From the NCBI GenBank assembly GCA_038911065.1, contig JBCKBR010000003.1, positions 2,547-66,546 of the forward strand: DNA of 64,000 nt, in the 5' to 3' direction. A model generated the notes under the pieces. It saw nothing but the letters and a program-made list of their open reading frames with translations. It had not been told where the DNA came from and did not search any database. Each line of letters opens with the position of its first letter. The first letter of the stretch is position 1. The DNA comes from Gaiellales bacterium. GTDB taxonomy: Bacteria > Actinomycetota > Thermoleophilia > Gaiellales > F1-60-MAGs149. Shown in pieces: positions 35,917-45,355 of the stretch. Position numbers and translations under genes: made by a program.

Positions 35917-36999
35917 GTGGCGAGTCTCGAAATCGGAATCATCGGTCTGCCGAACTGCGGCAAGACCACCATTTTCAACGCTTTGACGGGCGCCGGCGTT
36001 GTCGTCGCACCGTATGCGGCGACCGAAGTATCCGTCAACACGGGCGTGGCGCAGGTGCCCGACGAGCGGATGGCGCCGCTGGCGAAGGTCGAAGATTCGC
36101 AGCGGCTCGTGCCGCCGACGGTGCAACTTGTCGATGTCGCTGGCTTGCAGCGCGGCGCGGGACGCGATGGTGGTCTGAGCGGCGAGTTCTTGCAGGCACT
36201 GCGCGCCGCTGACGCACTGATCCACGTGGTGCGCACGTTCGAGGATGACGCCGTTTTCCATGTCGATGGTCGCATCGATCCGGCAGGAGACGCCGAGGGC
36301 GTTGACCTCGAGTTGTTGTTCGCCGACGGGATGCTGGTCTCGAAGCGTTTGGAGCGTCTCGAGCGCGCCGTCAAGGTTGGGCAGAAGGATGCCAAGGCCG
36401 AGGCGGACCTGCTCGCCGAATTGGCGACGCATCTCGATGCGGGTGCCACCGCCCGGACCTATGCGAAGGCGAAGGATCTGTCGGCGGAAGTGCAGTTGGA
36501 GTTGCTTACCCTCAAGCCGATGATGTACGTGGCGAACACGTCCGAGTCGGGTGATGCCGCTGGTGTCGCGGCGCTCCAGGCCTATGCAGGCACTGCCGAG
36601 GTCGTCGCGGTTACCGGCCGCTTCGAGGCGGACCTCGCTGAGATTGAGGACCCAGAGGAGCGAGCGATGTTCCTCGCGGAGATCGGGCAGGAGGAGCCAA
36701 GCGCCCCGCGTGTCGCGGCCGCCGCCTTCCGCATGCTCGAGCTGATTACCTTCTTTACGGCCGGCCCGAAGGATGTTTGGGCGTGGACGATTCGCCAGGG
36801 CAGCAACGCGGTCGAGGCGGGCGGCAAGATCCATACGGATATCGCCCGTGGCTTTATTCGTGCCGAGGTGATCAACTGGAAAGACCTCGTCGATGCGGGC
36901 TCGCGTGCCGAGGCCACCAAGCTCGGTCAGCTACGCGTTGAGGGCAAGGATTACATCGTCCAAGACGGCGATGTCCTGAACGTGCGCTTCAATATTTAG
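35917..36999 (+). CDS. ychF: Ribosome-binding ATPase YchF
   Basis: GIIGLPNCGKTTIFNALT P-loop, and a C-terminal TGS-like end GKDYIVQDGDVLNVRFN. Start at GTG 35917. Confidence 0.92.
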   Translation: MASLEIGIIGLPNCGKTTIFNALTGAGVVVAPYAATEVSVNTGVAQVPDERMAPLAKVEDSQRLVPPTVQLVDVAGLQRGAGRDGGLSGEFLQALRAADALIHVVRTFEDDAVFHVDGRIDPAGDAEGVDLELLFADGMLVSKRLERLERAVKVGQKDAKAEADLLAELATHLDAGATARTYAKAKDLSAEVQLELLTLKPMMYVANTSESGDAAGVAALQAYAGTAEVVAVTGRFEADLAEIEDPEERAMFLAEIGQEEPSAPRVAAAAFRMLELITFFTAGPKDVWAWTIRQGSNAVEAGGKIHTDIARGFIRAEVINWKDLVDAGSRAEATKLGQLRVEGKDYIVQDGDVLNVRFNI

Positions 37000-37017
37000 C
37001 CGACGGTTACGTCGCTA

Positions 37018-37055
37018 GAACTGCACAAAAGGACCCGGGTCCTTTTGTGCAGTTC
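37018..37055. repeat. Family C palindromic repeat (copy 1), probable bidirectional terminator
   Basis: GAACTGCACAAAAGGACCCGGGTCCTTTTGTGCAGTTC is a perfect palindrome between convergent ychF and leuD. A near-identical copy lies at 63169-63208. Confidence 0.85.
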
Positions 37056-37068
37056 AGGCCCGCCGAGG

Positions 37069-37659
37069 TCATCCCAGCGACAGCGTGCTCGGACCGTTGC
37101 GCTCGCGTGTCCGCTCGTACTCCGCCAGCTTGTCTTCGCGTAGTAGCGTCAGCGCGATGTCATCCAAGCCGTTGAGCAGGTTCTCGCGCGTCTTGTCATC
37201 GACCGGAAATTCGATCGTCCGACCATCCGGCATCACGATCGTGCAGGCCTCGAGATCGACCGTGATCTCCGCCGGCGCGGCATCGAGCAACTCGCGTACC
37301 TCAGCCTCCGACAGCTGCACCGTCAAGACACCAATCTTGGCGCAGTTCGAACGGAAGATGTCGCCAAAGCTCGGCGCGATGATGACGCGGTAACCCCAAT
37401 CTTGCAGGCCCCACGGCGCGTGCTCGCGCGACGACCCCGAGCCGAAATTCGGCCCAGCGACGAGGATCGGAGCGTTGCGAAACTCGGGGCGCTCGAGCAC
37501 GAAGTTCTCCTCGTCCTGACGCCAGTCGAAGAACAGGAACTCGCCGAACCCGGTGCGCTCAATGCGCTTGAGGAACTGCTTCGGCATGATCTGGTCGGTG
37601 TCGACATTGGCGCGGTCGAGCGGCGCAGTCGAACCGGTAATGCGGATAAACGGCTCCAT
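37069..37659 (-). CDS. leuD: 3-isopropylmalate dehydratase small subunit
   Basis: 196 aa. DTDQIMPKQFLKRI and GPNFGSGSSREHAPW. Confidence 0.95.
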   Translation of the reverse strand: MEPFIRITGSTAPLDRANVDTDQIMPKQFLKRIERTGFGEFLFFDWRQDEENFVLERPEFRNAPILVAGPNFGSGSSREHAPWGLQDWGYRVIIAPSFGDIFRSNCAKIGVLTVQLSEAEVRELLDAAPAEITVDLEACTIVMPDGRTIEFPVDDKTRENLLNGLDDIALTLLREDKLAEYERTRERNGPSTLSLG

Positions 37660-37663
37660 GGTG

Positions 37664-39022
<1,359 letters not shown>

Positions 39023-39088
39023 CGCAGTGCTCCTTCGGCGTGTGTTGTAGCGGAACCTTATCAACGTCGAGGCCGTATCCTACCTAGT

Positions 39089-39367
39089 ATGTCCACGCAG
39101 CAGCCATCGCGTCTAGTTCGACGCTGGGAGAGCTTGGAGATGGGGTTGCAGTTTCTGATCGCCTACCCAGTACTGCTTATCGTGATCACCTTCATTCACC
39201 TCACAGCGCTTAATCAGTCACCCCTGCGCGGCACAGTCTACGGATTCTTCTGGGCCTTGCCCGCAGCTTTCCTCGTCGCGATCGCATCGCAGAATGAGGC
39301 GCGTAAGCGCCGCGAGCGCTCCGTGGCGGAAAACGCTTCCGAGTCGTCCGACTCGGTCGAGTCTTGA
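39089..39367 (+). CDS. Small membrane protein (92 aa), hypothetical
   Basis: Two hydrophobic helices (LQFLIAYPVLLIVITFIHL, FFWALPAAFLVAIA) and an acidic/Ser tail. Its stop overlaps the possible start of the downstream MFS gene. Confidence 0.5.
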   Translation: MSTQQPSRLVRRWESLEMGLQFLIAYPVLLIVITFIHLTALNQSPLRGTVYGFFWALPAAFLVAIASQNEARKRRERSVAENASESSDSVES

Positions 39368-40941
39368 GCCGCACCGCAACGCCCGACCAGCCTGCTCAGA
39401 CCAATCGTCGCATGTGGTTGACGCTGTTTGCGATGTGTTTCGCGCTGTTCATGATCATGCTCGACAACACCGTCGTGAACGTCGCGCTACCGACGATCCA
39501 GCAGGATCTCCAGCCAACACCGAGCGGTCTGACGTGGATCGTCAACGCCTACATCCTGGTCTTTGCTGCGCTGATTCTTTTGGGTGGCAAGCTCGGCGAC
39601 CGCTTTGGGCGAAAAAAGATGTTCCTCGTTGGTCTCGTTGGCTTTACCGTCTGGTCGGCGGCCTGCGCACTCTCCACGACAACGGACCAGTTGATCGTGT
39701 TTCGCGCACTGCAAGGCACGGGTGCGGCACTGCTTAACCCCCTCTCCTTGTCGATCCTCGTCGCGACATTTCCGCGCCCCAAATTGCCGCAAGCAATTGG
39801 TATCTGGGCTGGTGTCTCGGGCCTCGGCCTCGCGCTCGGGCCGCTTGTCGGCGGCTACCTGACGGACCGTGTCGGCTGGAGCGCCGTCTTCTGGATCAAT
39901 GTCCCGATCGGCATCATTGCCGTGCTTGTCGTGCTGTTCGCGGTGCGCGAGTCGGTGGATCCGACCGTCAAGAGCCTCGATATCGTCGGCACGATCCTCG
40001 TGACGGCGGGGCTATTTGGTTTGACGTACGGGCTGATTGGTACAGGTGACAACGGCTGGCTGTCACCACGCACGCTGATCGTTTTGGGCGTCGCAATCGT
40101 CTTGCTGGGCGTGTTCGTTTGGTGGGAGTCGCGCCACGACCAGCCGATGGTGCCACTCGGGTTCTTCAAGAATCGCGTCTTCTCGACCTCGATCATTGTT
40201 GCTGTGCTGGTCGGGTTCGGCCTCTACGGCTCGTTATTCGTGATCACGCTCTACATGCAGAACATCCGCGGCTACGACGCAATCGGTGCCGGCATCCGGA
40301 CGCTGCCGCTGACGATGGCCGTGATGTTTGTCGCGCCGCTGGCCGGCAAGCTCAATGCGCGACTGGGATCGGCAAAGCTGATGGGTACGGGCATGGTGAT
40401 GGCGTGCGTTGCAATGCTCGGGCTGCGCCTCTTGACGATCGATAGTCCGTACTCGCAGATCTGGCCGTTCTACGCGATCCTTGGCGCTGGTATTGCATTA
40501 ACGATGCCGGCGATGAGTGCAGCGGCGATGGGCGCGATCGATCCACGTAAGGCTGGCGTCGGATCGGGTGTGCTGAACGCTGCGCGGCAGGTCGGTGGCG
40601 CGATGGGGATCGCGGTGCTCGGCTCGGTGTCGGCTGCCATCACTGTTAAGACGTGGACCGAGGAGACGCAGGGCATGGGTGGCATCATCGCTGCCAAGCC
40701 CGACCAGCTTAGGCAGCTTGTCGAGGGTGCCCAGTCGCGTCTGCTCAACGAGCTTGCAGGACCCGCGATTATGCGGCTTGGGCAGGAGGCGTGGATGACG
40801 GGCTTCCATGCTTCTGTGGTGGCGGGTGCCGGCCTGATGGGAGCCGCAGTGGTGGCCGTGATTATCGGTTTCCGGGGCGTACAGAAGCCGCAGGCGCTGG
40901 ATTCGTCTGATCCGCCGCCACCCGTTGTTTTTGAGTCCTAG
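39364..40941 (+). CDS. MFS transporter, DHA2 (EmrB/QacA, 14-TMS) drug-efflux type
   Basis: 525 aa. LDNTVVNVALPTIQQDL, GKLGDRFGRKKMFLVG and many TM helices. Start is either TTG 39364 or ATG 39412. Confidence 0.85.
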   Translation: MSRTATPDQPAQTNRRMWLTLFAMCFALFMIMLDNTVVNVALPTIQQDLQPTPSGLTWIVNAYILVFAALILLGGKLGDRFGRKKMFLVGLVGFTVWSAACALSTTTDQLIVFRALQGTGAALLNPLSLSILVATFPRPKLPQAIGIWAGVSGLGLALGPLVGGYLTDRVGWSAVFWINVPIGIIAVLVVLFAVRESVDPTVKSLDIVGTILVTAGLFGLTYGLIGTGDNGWLSPRTLIVLGVAIVLLGVFVWWESRHDQPMVPLGFFKNRVFSTSIIVAVLVGFGLYGSLFVITLYMQNIRGYDAIGAGIRTLPLTMAVMFVAPLAGKLNARLGSAKLMGTGMVMACVAMLGLRLLTIDSPYSQIWPFYAILGAGIALTMPAMSAAAMGAIDPRKAGVGSGVLNAARQVGGAMGIAVLGSVSAAITVKTWTEETQGMGGIIAAKPDQLRQLVEGAQSRLLNELAGPAIMRLGQEAWMTGFHASVVAGAGLMGAAVVAVIIGFRGVQKPQALDSSDPPPPVVFES

Positions 40942-40954
40942 TCACGGTTGCGGT

Positions 40955-41068
40955 GGGCGGACCCCACATCCGCGGGGTTGTGATGTCCGCCCCCCGACAC
41001 CACCTTTACAACGGTTGTGGCCTCCGTGGGGGGCGGACATCACAACCCCGCGGATGTGGCGTCCGCCC
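40955..41068. repeat. Family A palindromic element (copy with a different loop)
   Basis: 41-nt arms (40955-40995 and 41028-41068) are complementary at 40 of 41 positions. 32-nt loop GACACCACCTTTACAACGGTTGTGGCCTCCGT. Confidence 0.85.
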
Positions 41069-41823
41069 TAGACCGACGGGTGGAGTGCGGTCTGGAGCCG
41101 CTGGCGGTACTTGATCGCGAGTGGATCACCGCTAGACCGCACGGTCATGATGCTGGCGAAGATACGCATGATCACGTCTTGCCGCTCCTGATCCGCCGTG
41201 GGGAGCAGGGCGAGCATCCCATCGAGACAGCCTTCGATGTCGTCGTAGCGTTGGATGCAGGCGCGAAGTTCGGGGTCGGACGACGAGTCGCCAAGCAGTC
41301 GAGCGCGCTCGTAGAGGCCACCGCCGAGTGGGTGGCTGCCGACTGTCATCAAGAGCACAGCGGCCTGTTCGTATTCCCCTCGGTCGAGGAGTAACTCGCC
41401 GAGTGCGAGCGTGGCTGGCACGTCGAATGGGGTTTCCGCGATGATGGCGCGCAAGGCCGACTCATCCGTTTTGTCGAGCACTGCGAGTCGTGTTGCGGCG
41501 AGCGTTGTTGCGACGCATTGCTGGAGTTCGTCCTGCGTGGTGCTGCCATCGAGTGCGGCTTGGAGGATGCCGAAGCGCACCATGCGGATCGCGGGTACCA
41601 GCTGGATGCCGAAGACGGCGACGCTATCTGGATTCGCATCAGCATCGATCTGGACAACCGTCAATGAGTCGCTGTGCGTCGTTGCGATGGCCTCGACGAG
41701 CGGGCGGACTTCCTGGCACGGCTCCGAATCAACGAGTGTAAACACGACCATAATCGGGCGCGTATCGGAAGCGTCAGTGACAGCGTTTTGGAACGTGGCA
41801 TCGGTAACAGCGAGGATGGTCAT
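41068..41823 (-). CDS. Thioredoxin-fold plus TPR-like protein with degenerate active site (YbbN/CnoX-like)
   Basis: 251 aa. Thioredoxin-like N-terminus, but SEPC sits where WCGPC is expected. The helical C-terminal half is similar to the upstream paralog. Confidence 0.65.
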   Translation of the reverse strand: MTILAVTDATFQNAVTDASDTRPIMVVFTLVDSEPCQEVRPLVEAIATTHSDSLTVVQIDADANPDSVAVFGIQLVPAIRMVRFGILQAALDGSTTQDELQQCVATTLAATRLAVLDKTDESALRAIIAETPFDVPATLALGELLLDRGEYEQAAVLLMTVGSHPLGGGLYERARLLGDSSSDPELRACIQRYDDIEGCLDGMLALLPTADQERQDVIMRIFASIMTVRSSGDPLAIKYRQRLQTALHPSV

Positions 41824-41837
41824 GGGTTCTGTGGGTC

Positions 41838-42584
41838 TTAGAACAGTGCCGAGGCGAGACGCTTGCGATAGGTCAGCACGATTGGATCGTCGACGGGGCG
41901 TTCGGCGAAGACGCCAATCATCACGCGTCGAACGCGGTCTCGGCGAGCCTCATCAGCGCCGGGTAGCAGGTCAAGCATGGCCTGCAGCGACCCTTCGGGA
42001 TCACCGGCGAGTGTGGTGAGCGCGGCGGCGATCTCTGGATCAAGGTCGGGATTGAGCACGATTTCGGCGCACGCCAACAGGCCATCGGCTTGGGGCGCGT
42101 GACGAATCGCTTCGAGGACCTGCGTCGCCTCAGACGTGTCGCCGCGGGCGAGCAGAATGCGGGCGAGCGCCATGCCGGCGTCGACGTCCGTCTCATCCTC
42201 TGCGAGCAGCGCCCGAAGGGACGGTTCGTCGACGGCAGCGATCACAACTTCTGCTTCGCTCGGCACGAGCTGGTCGAGGAACGCTTCGATTTGGGCGGGC
42301 GGTACGACGCCGGTAAACTCAGCGACGACCTGGCCGTTGACGAAGCCCTTGACGGCCGGAATGCCTTGGACGTTGAAGCTCTGGGCGAGTTGCTGATTCG
42401 CGTCGGTATCGACCTTGACGAGCTTGATGGCGCCGTTGCGCGATGCCACGGCGGCCTCGATCATGGGCGCGAGTTGCTTGCACGGGCCGCACCATTCGGC
42501 CCAGAAGTCGACGACGATGGGCGTCTGGTGCGAGGCGTCGATGACTTCGCGTTGGAAGTCGGCTGCGTTTACGTCGTTGGGCAT
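41838..42584 (-). CDS. Thioredoxin-domain protein with C-terminal TPR-like domain (YbbN/CnoX-like), intact WCGPC
   Basis: DFQREVIDASHQTPIVVDFWAEWCGPCKQLAPMIE and an Ala/Leu-rich helical repeat C-terminus. Start taken at ATG 42584; the ORF opens at 42794. Confidence 0.8.
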   Translation of the reverse strand: MPNDVNAADFQREVIDASHQTPIVVDFWAEWCGPCKQLAPMIEAAVASRNGAIKLVKVDTDANQQLAQSFNVQGIPAVKGFVNGQVVAEFTGVVPPAQIEAFLDQLVPSEAEVVIAAVDEPSLRALLAEDETDVDAGMALARILLARGDTSEATQVLEAIRHAPQADGLLACAEIVLNPDLDPEIAAALTTLAGDPEGSLQAMLDLLPGADEARRDRVRRVMIGVFAERPVDDPIVLTYRKRLASALF

Positions 42585-42680
42585 ATGCTCATCGTTGCAG
42601 ATATCGGGTCTGCGTTGCGTGTGCGTGGTTGAGAAGGGCGTCTGACGCTTGGTCCGTGCGTAAACCCGTACCCTGACCGT

Positions 42681-43886
42681 GTGGTCAGTACGCGTGCAGC
42701 GATTCGGCGGTTGAGTGTTGCGCGCGCGATTTCGGTGACGGGTTCGCAGGTCGCGTTGATCGCACTCACGTTCCAGATTTACGAGATGACGCATTCTGCG
42801 GTGTGGGTTTCGGGCGTGTTTTTGGTGACGTTCGCGACGATGGGGATTTTGACGCCGATTGGTGGTTGGCTTGGCGATAGTTTCGATCGACGCTTGGTGA
42901 TGATCATTTCGGATCTTGGCGCGGCGCTTGTGTTTGCGGTCCTCGTGTTTGCGGATCAGCCGTGGGTGCTGCTTGTGCTTGCGTTGCTGGCGACGGTGTG
43001 TGAGGTGCCGTTCTTGCCTGCGTCGCAGGCGGCGATTCCGAATCTTGCGGCGGACGAGGACCTTGCGTGGGCGAATGGTCTTGTGTCGCAGGCGTTTAGC
43101 GTTGGGATCACTGTTGGCCCGCTGATTGGCGGCGTGCTGGTTGGTGCTGTTGGGATGGGAGCGGCGTTTGGAATTAACGCCGTGTCGTTCCTTGTTTCGG
43201 CTGTTTTGGTGTGGAGTGTGCGCGGACGTTTTCAGGAGCAGCGCTACCAGCGGTCGGCGCTGAACAGGGACCAGCCGAAGCTGCCGTTTACTGAGGGTCT
43301 GCGTGTGGCGTGGCAGTCGCGGGTGTTGCGGATTTTGATTTTGTCCGAGGTGGTGGCGTACAGCGTGGTCGGTTGGGCGATGGTGTCGGATGCGCCGCTG
43401 GCTGAGTTGTTTGGTACGGGTGCGATTGGTTTTGCCGCTCTGATTTCTTTTTGGGGGGCCGGCATGCTGATTGGGTCGTGGATGACGGGGCGGTGGATGG
43501 GGGAGCGGCGGATTGAGGTGAAGCTCTACTTCGCTGCATTTTTGATTGGTGGTGTGGCGATTGCGGTGATGGGTTTGAGCCCGTGGTTCATTCTGATTCT
43601 TGTTGTTAGCGTGATTGGTGGTGCGGGTTCTGGCGTGGGCAACGTGGCGCGTCAGACGCTGCTGCAGCGTGCCGTTCCCGATCGCATTCGTTCGCGCGTG
43701 TTTGCTGTTGCTGAGGTCACGTCAACGGCGTCGTTTACGCTCGGGTTGGCGCTCGCCGGTCCTGCGATCGCTCTGGTGGGCGTTCGTCACGCCTACGTCT
43801 TGTCGGGTGTCGTTTTTCTCTTGGGCGGTCTGATTCTGTTGCCGCTCCTGCGGCATCCAGAACAGGTTGTGGTTGAGGACGACTGA
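42681..43886 (+). CDS. MFS transporter (12-TMS, EntS/DHA3-like)
   Basis: 401 aa with 12 hydrophobic segments. GGWLGDSFDRRLVMI is an MFS loop 2-3 motif. Confidence 0.8.
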   Translation: MVSTRAAIRRLSVARAISVTGSQVALIALTFQIYEMTHSAVWVSGVFLVTFATMGILTPIGGWLGDSFDRRLVMIISDLGAALVFAVLVFADQPWVLLVLALLATVCEVPFLPASQAAIPNLAADEDLAWANGLVSQAFSVGITVGPLIGGVLVGAVGMGAAFGINAVSFLVSAVLVWSVRGRFQEQRYQRSALNRDQPKLPFTEGLRVAWQSRVLRILILSEVVAYSVVGWAMVSDAPLAELFGTGAIGFAALISFWGAGMLIGSWMTGRWMGERRIEVKLYFAAFLIGGVAIAVMGLSPWFILILVVSVIGGAGSGVGNVARQTLLQRAVPDRIRSRVFAVAEVTSTASFTLGLALAGPAIALVGVRHAYVLSGVVFLLGGLILLPLLRHPEQVVVEDD

Positions 43887-43902
43887 CTCCGCTGGACACG
43901 AT

Positions 43903-43940
43903 GGCCGGACATGATGGGCCCGGGCCCATCATGTCCGGCC
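43903..43940. repeat. Family B palindromic repeat (copy 2)
   Basis: GGCCGGACATGATGGGCCCGGGCCCATCATGTCCGGCC is a perfect 38-nt palindrome, 17 nt after the MFS stop. Confidence 0.85.
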
Positions 43941-44084
43941 TTAACAGGTGCGTTGGGTCGTAGCATCCGCGCGCGGACGCACAGCTTGCGCGCATGCGCA
44001 GCGTGCGCAGCAAGATTTGCGCGCCGCGCGTGCGGGGCATGCGGAGTACGTGTCAGAGCGCGCGGATGTTGGCACGAAAAGTGG

Positions 44085-44118
44085 GCGGACATGGTGGGCC
44101 CGGGCCCATAAAGTCCGC
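44085..44118. repeat. Family B palindromic repeat (copy 3, degenerate)
   Basis: GCGGACATGGTGGGCCCGGGCCCATAAAGTCCGC has the same GGGCCCGGGCCC core, with arm mismatches. Confidence 0.7.
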
Positions 44119-44153
44119 AGCGGCTCGCAGCGAGCTTTGATTTCCACAACAGG

Positions 44154-44171
44154 TGTGCGAGTATTCGCACA
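44154..44171 (+). promoter_or_regulatory. Candidate TetR operator overlapping a candidate promoter of the acyl-CoA dehydrogenase operon
   Basis: TGTGCGA-GTAT-TCGCACA has perfect 7-bp inverted arms and lies 24 nt upstream of GTG 44195. TTGATT (44137-44142) and AGTATT (44160-44165) are spaced 17 nt apart. A TetR gene ends the operon. Confidence 0.45.
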
Positions 44172-44194
44172 TCCGTGCGACAAAGGGGTTCGTT

Positions 44195-45343
44195 GTGGCT
44201 ATAACACCGACCGATATTCAGGACGAACTCGTGGCACTCGCGCGCGACTTCGCCGCCAAGGAAATCCGGCCGGTGGCGGCACACTACGACGAAGCGGAAG
44301 AGACGCCGTTCGAGCCGTTCTACAAGGCGGCGGAGATCGGGCTCACCTGCTACGACCTGCCGGAAGAGTTCGGTGGCGGCGGCATCCACGACCTCACCAC
44401 CTGCACGCGCATCCATGAAGAGTTGACGTATGGCGACGCCGCGATCGGCAACTTCATCGGCTCGGCCTCGTTCTTTGGTGGCGTCATCGTCGAAATGGGG
44501 ACGCAGGCGCAGAAGGAGCGCTGGATCACGCCGCTCTGTGGTCCAAGGCCCAAGTTCGGCGCCCTCGCCACAACGGAGCCCGAAGCAGGCTCGGACGCCA
44601 GCGCGATCACGACGCACGCCGAACCGATCGACGGCGGCTACCGCCTGAACGGCTCGAAGACGTGGATCTCGAACGCCGGCGTCGCCTCGTATTACATCGT
44701 CTTCGCAACGGTCGCCCCGGGCACGCGCAGCAAGGGCATCACCGCCTTCATCGTCGAAGATGGCGATCAAGGTTTCGAAGTCGGCACCAAGCTCTACAAG
44801 CTCGGCCAGCGCGCGATTCCGACGCACGAGATCTTCTTCAACAACGTCTTCCTGCCAAAGGATCGCCTGATCGGTGAGGAGGGCAAGGGCTTCAGTGGCC
44901 TGATGCGCAAGTTCGATGAGTCGCGCGTCGTGCTCGCCGCGGGTGAGTGCGGCATCGGTCGCGCCGCCTTCGACTACGCCGTCGAGTACGCCACGGAGCG
45001 CAAGGCGTTCGGCGCACCGATCCACGTTAACCAGGCCGTCTCGTTCCGCCTTGTCGACGTCAAGATGAAGCTCGATCAGGCACGCCTGCTGGTCAAGCAC
45101 GCAGCGCTGCTCGCCGACTCGGGCCAGCCATTCGCAACGGAGGCTGCGATGGCCAAGCTCGCCGCGTCGGAGGCTGCCTGGTTCTCTGCGTGGGCCTGCT
45201 GTCAGACGCTCGGCGGGTACTCCTATTCGCGCGAGTATCCGGCAGAGCGCTGGCTGCGCGATGCCAAGCTCGAGGAAATCTGGGAGGGCACCAGCGACAT
45301 CATGCGCCTGATCATCTCCCGCTCCATGTTCCCCCGCGTCTAA
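44195..45343 (+). CDS. Acyl-CoA dehydrogenase
   Basis: ATTEPEAGSDASAI, and C-terminal AKLEEIWEGTSDIMRLIISR containing the catalytic Glu region. Start at GTG 44195 after AAAGGGG. Confidence 0.9.
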   Translation: MAITPTDIQDELVALARDFAAKEIRPVAAHYDEAEETPFEPFYKAAEIGLTCYDLPEEFGGGGIHDLTTCTRIHEELTYGDAAIGNFIGSASFFGGVIVEMGTQAQKERWITPLCGPRPKFGALATTEPEAGSDASAITTHAEPIDGGYRLNGSKTWISNAGVASYYIVFATVAPGTRSKGITAFIVEDGDQGFEVGTKLYKLGQRAIPTHEIFFNNVFLPKDRLIGEEGKGFSGLMRKFDESRVVLAAGECGIGRAAFDYAVEYATERKAFGAPIHVNQAVSFRLVDVKMKLDQARLLVKHAALLADSGQPFATEAAMAKLAASEAAWFSAWACCQTLGGYSYSREYPAERWLRDAKLEEIWEGTSDIMRLIISRSMFPRV

Positions 45344-45355
45344 CCCCAGGAGTCG

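Noticed and set aside
35322-36449. 375-aa minus-strand ORF antisense to PAP2 and ychF
   Set aside because: It is a shadow ORF crossing a gene boundary. The plus-strand genes have canonical motifs.
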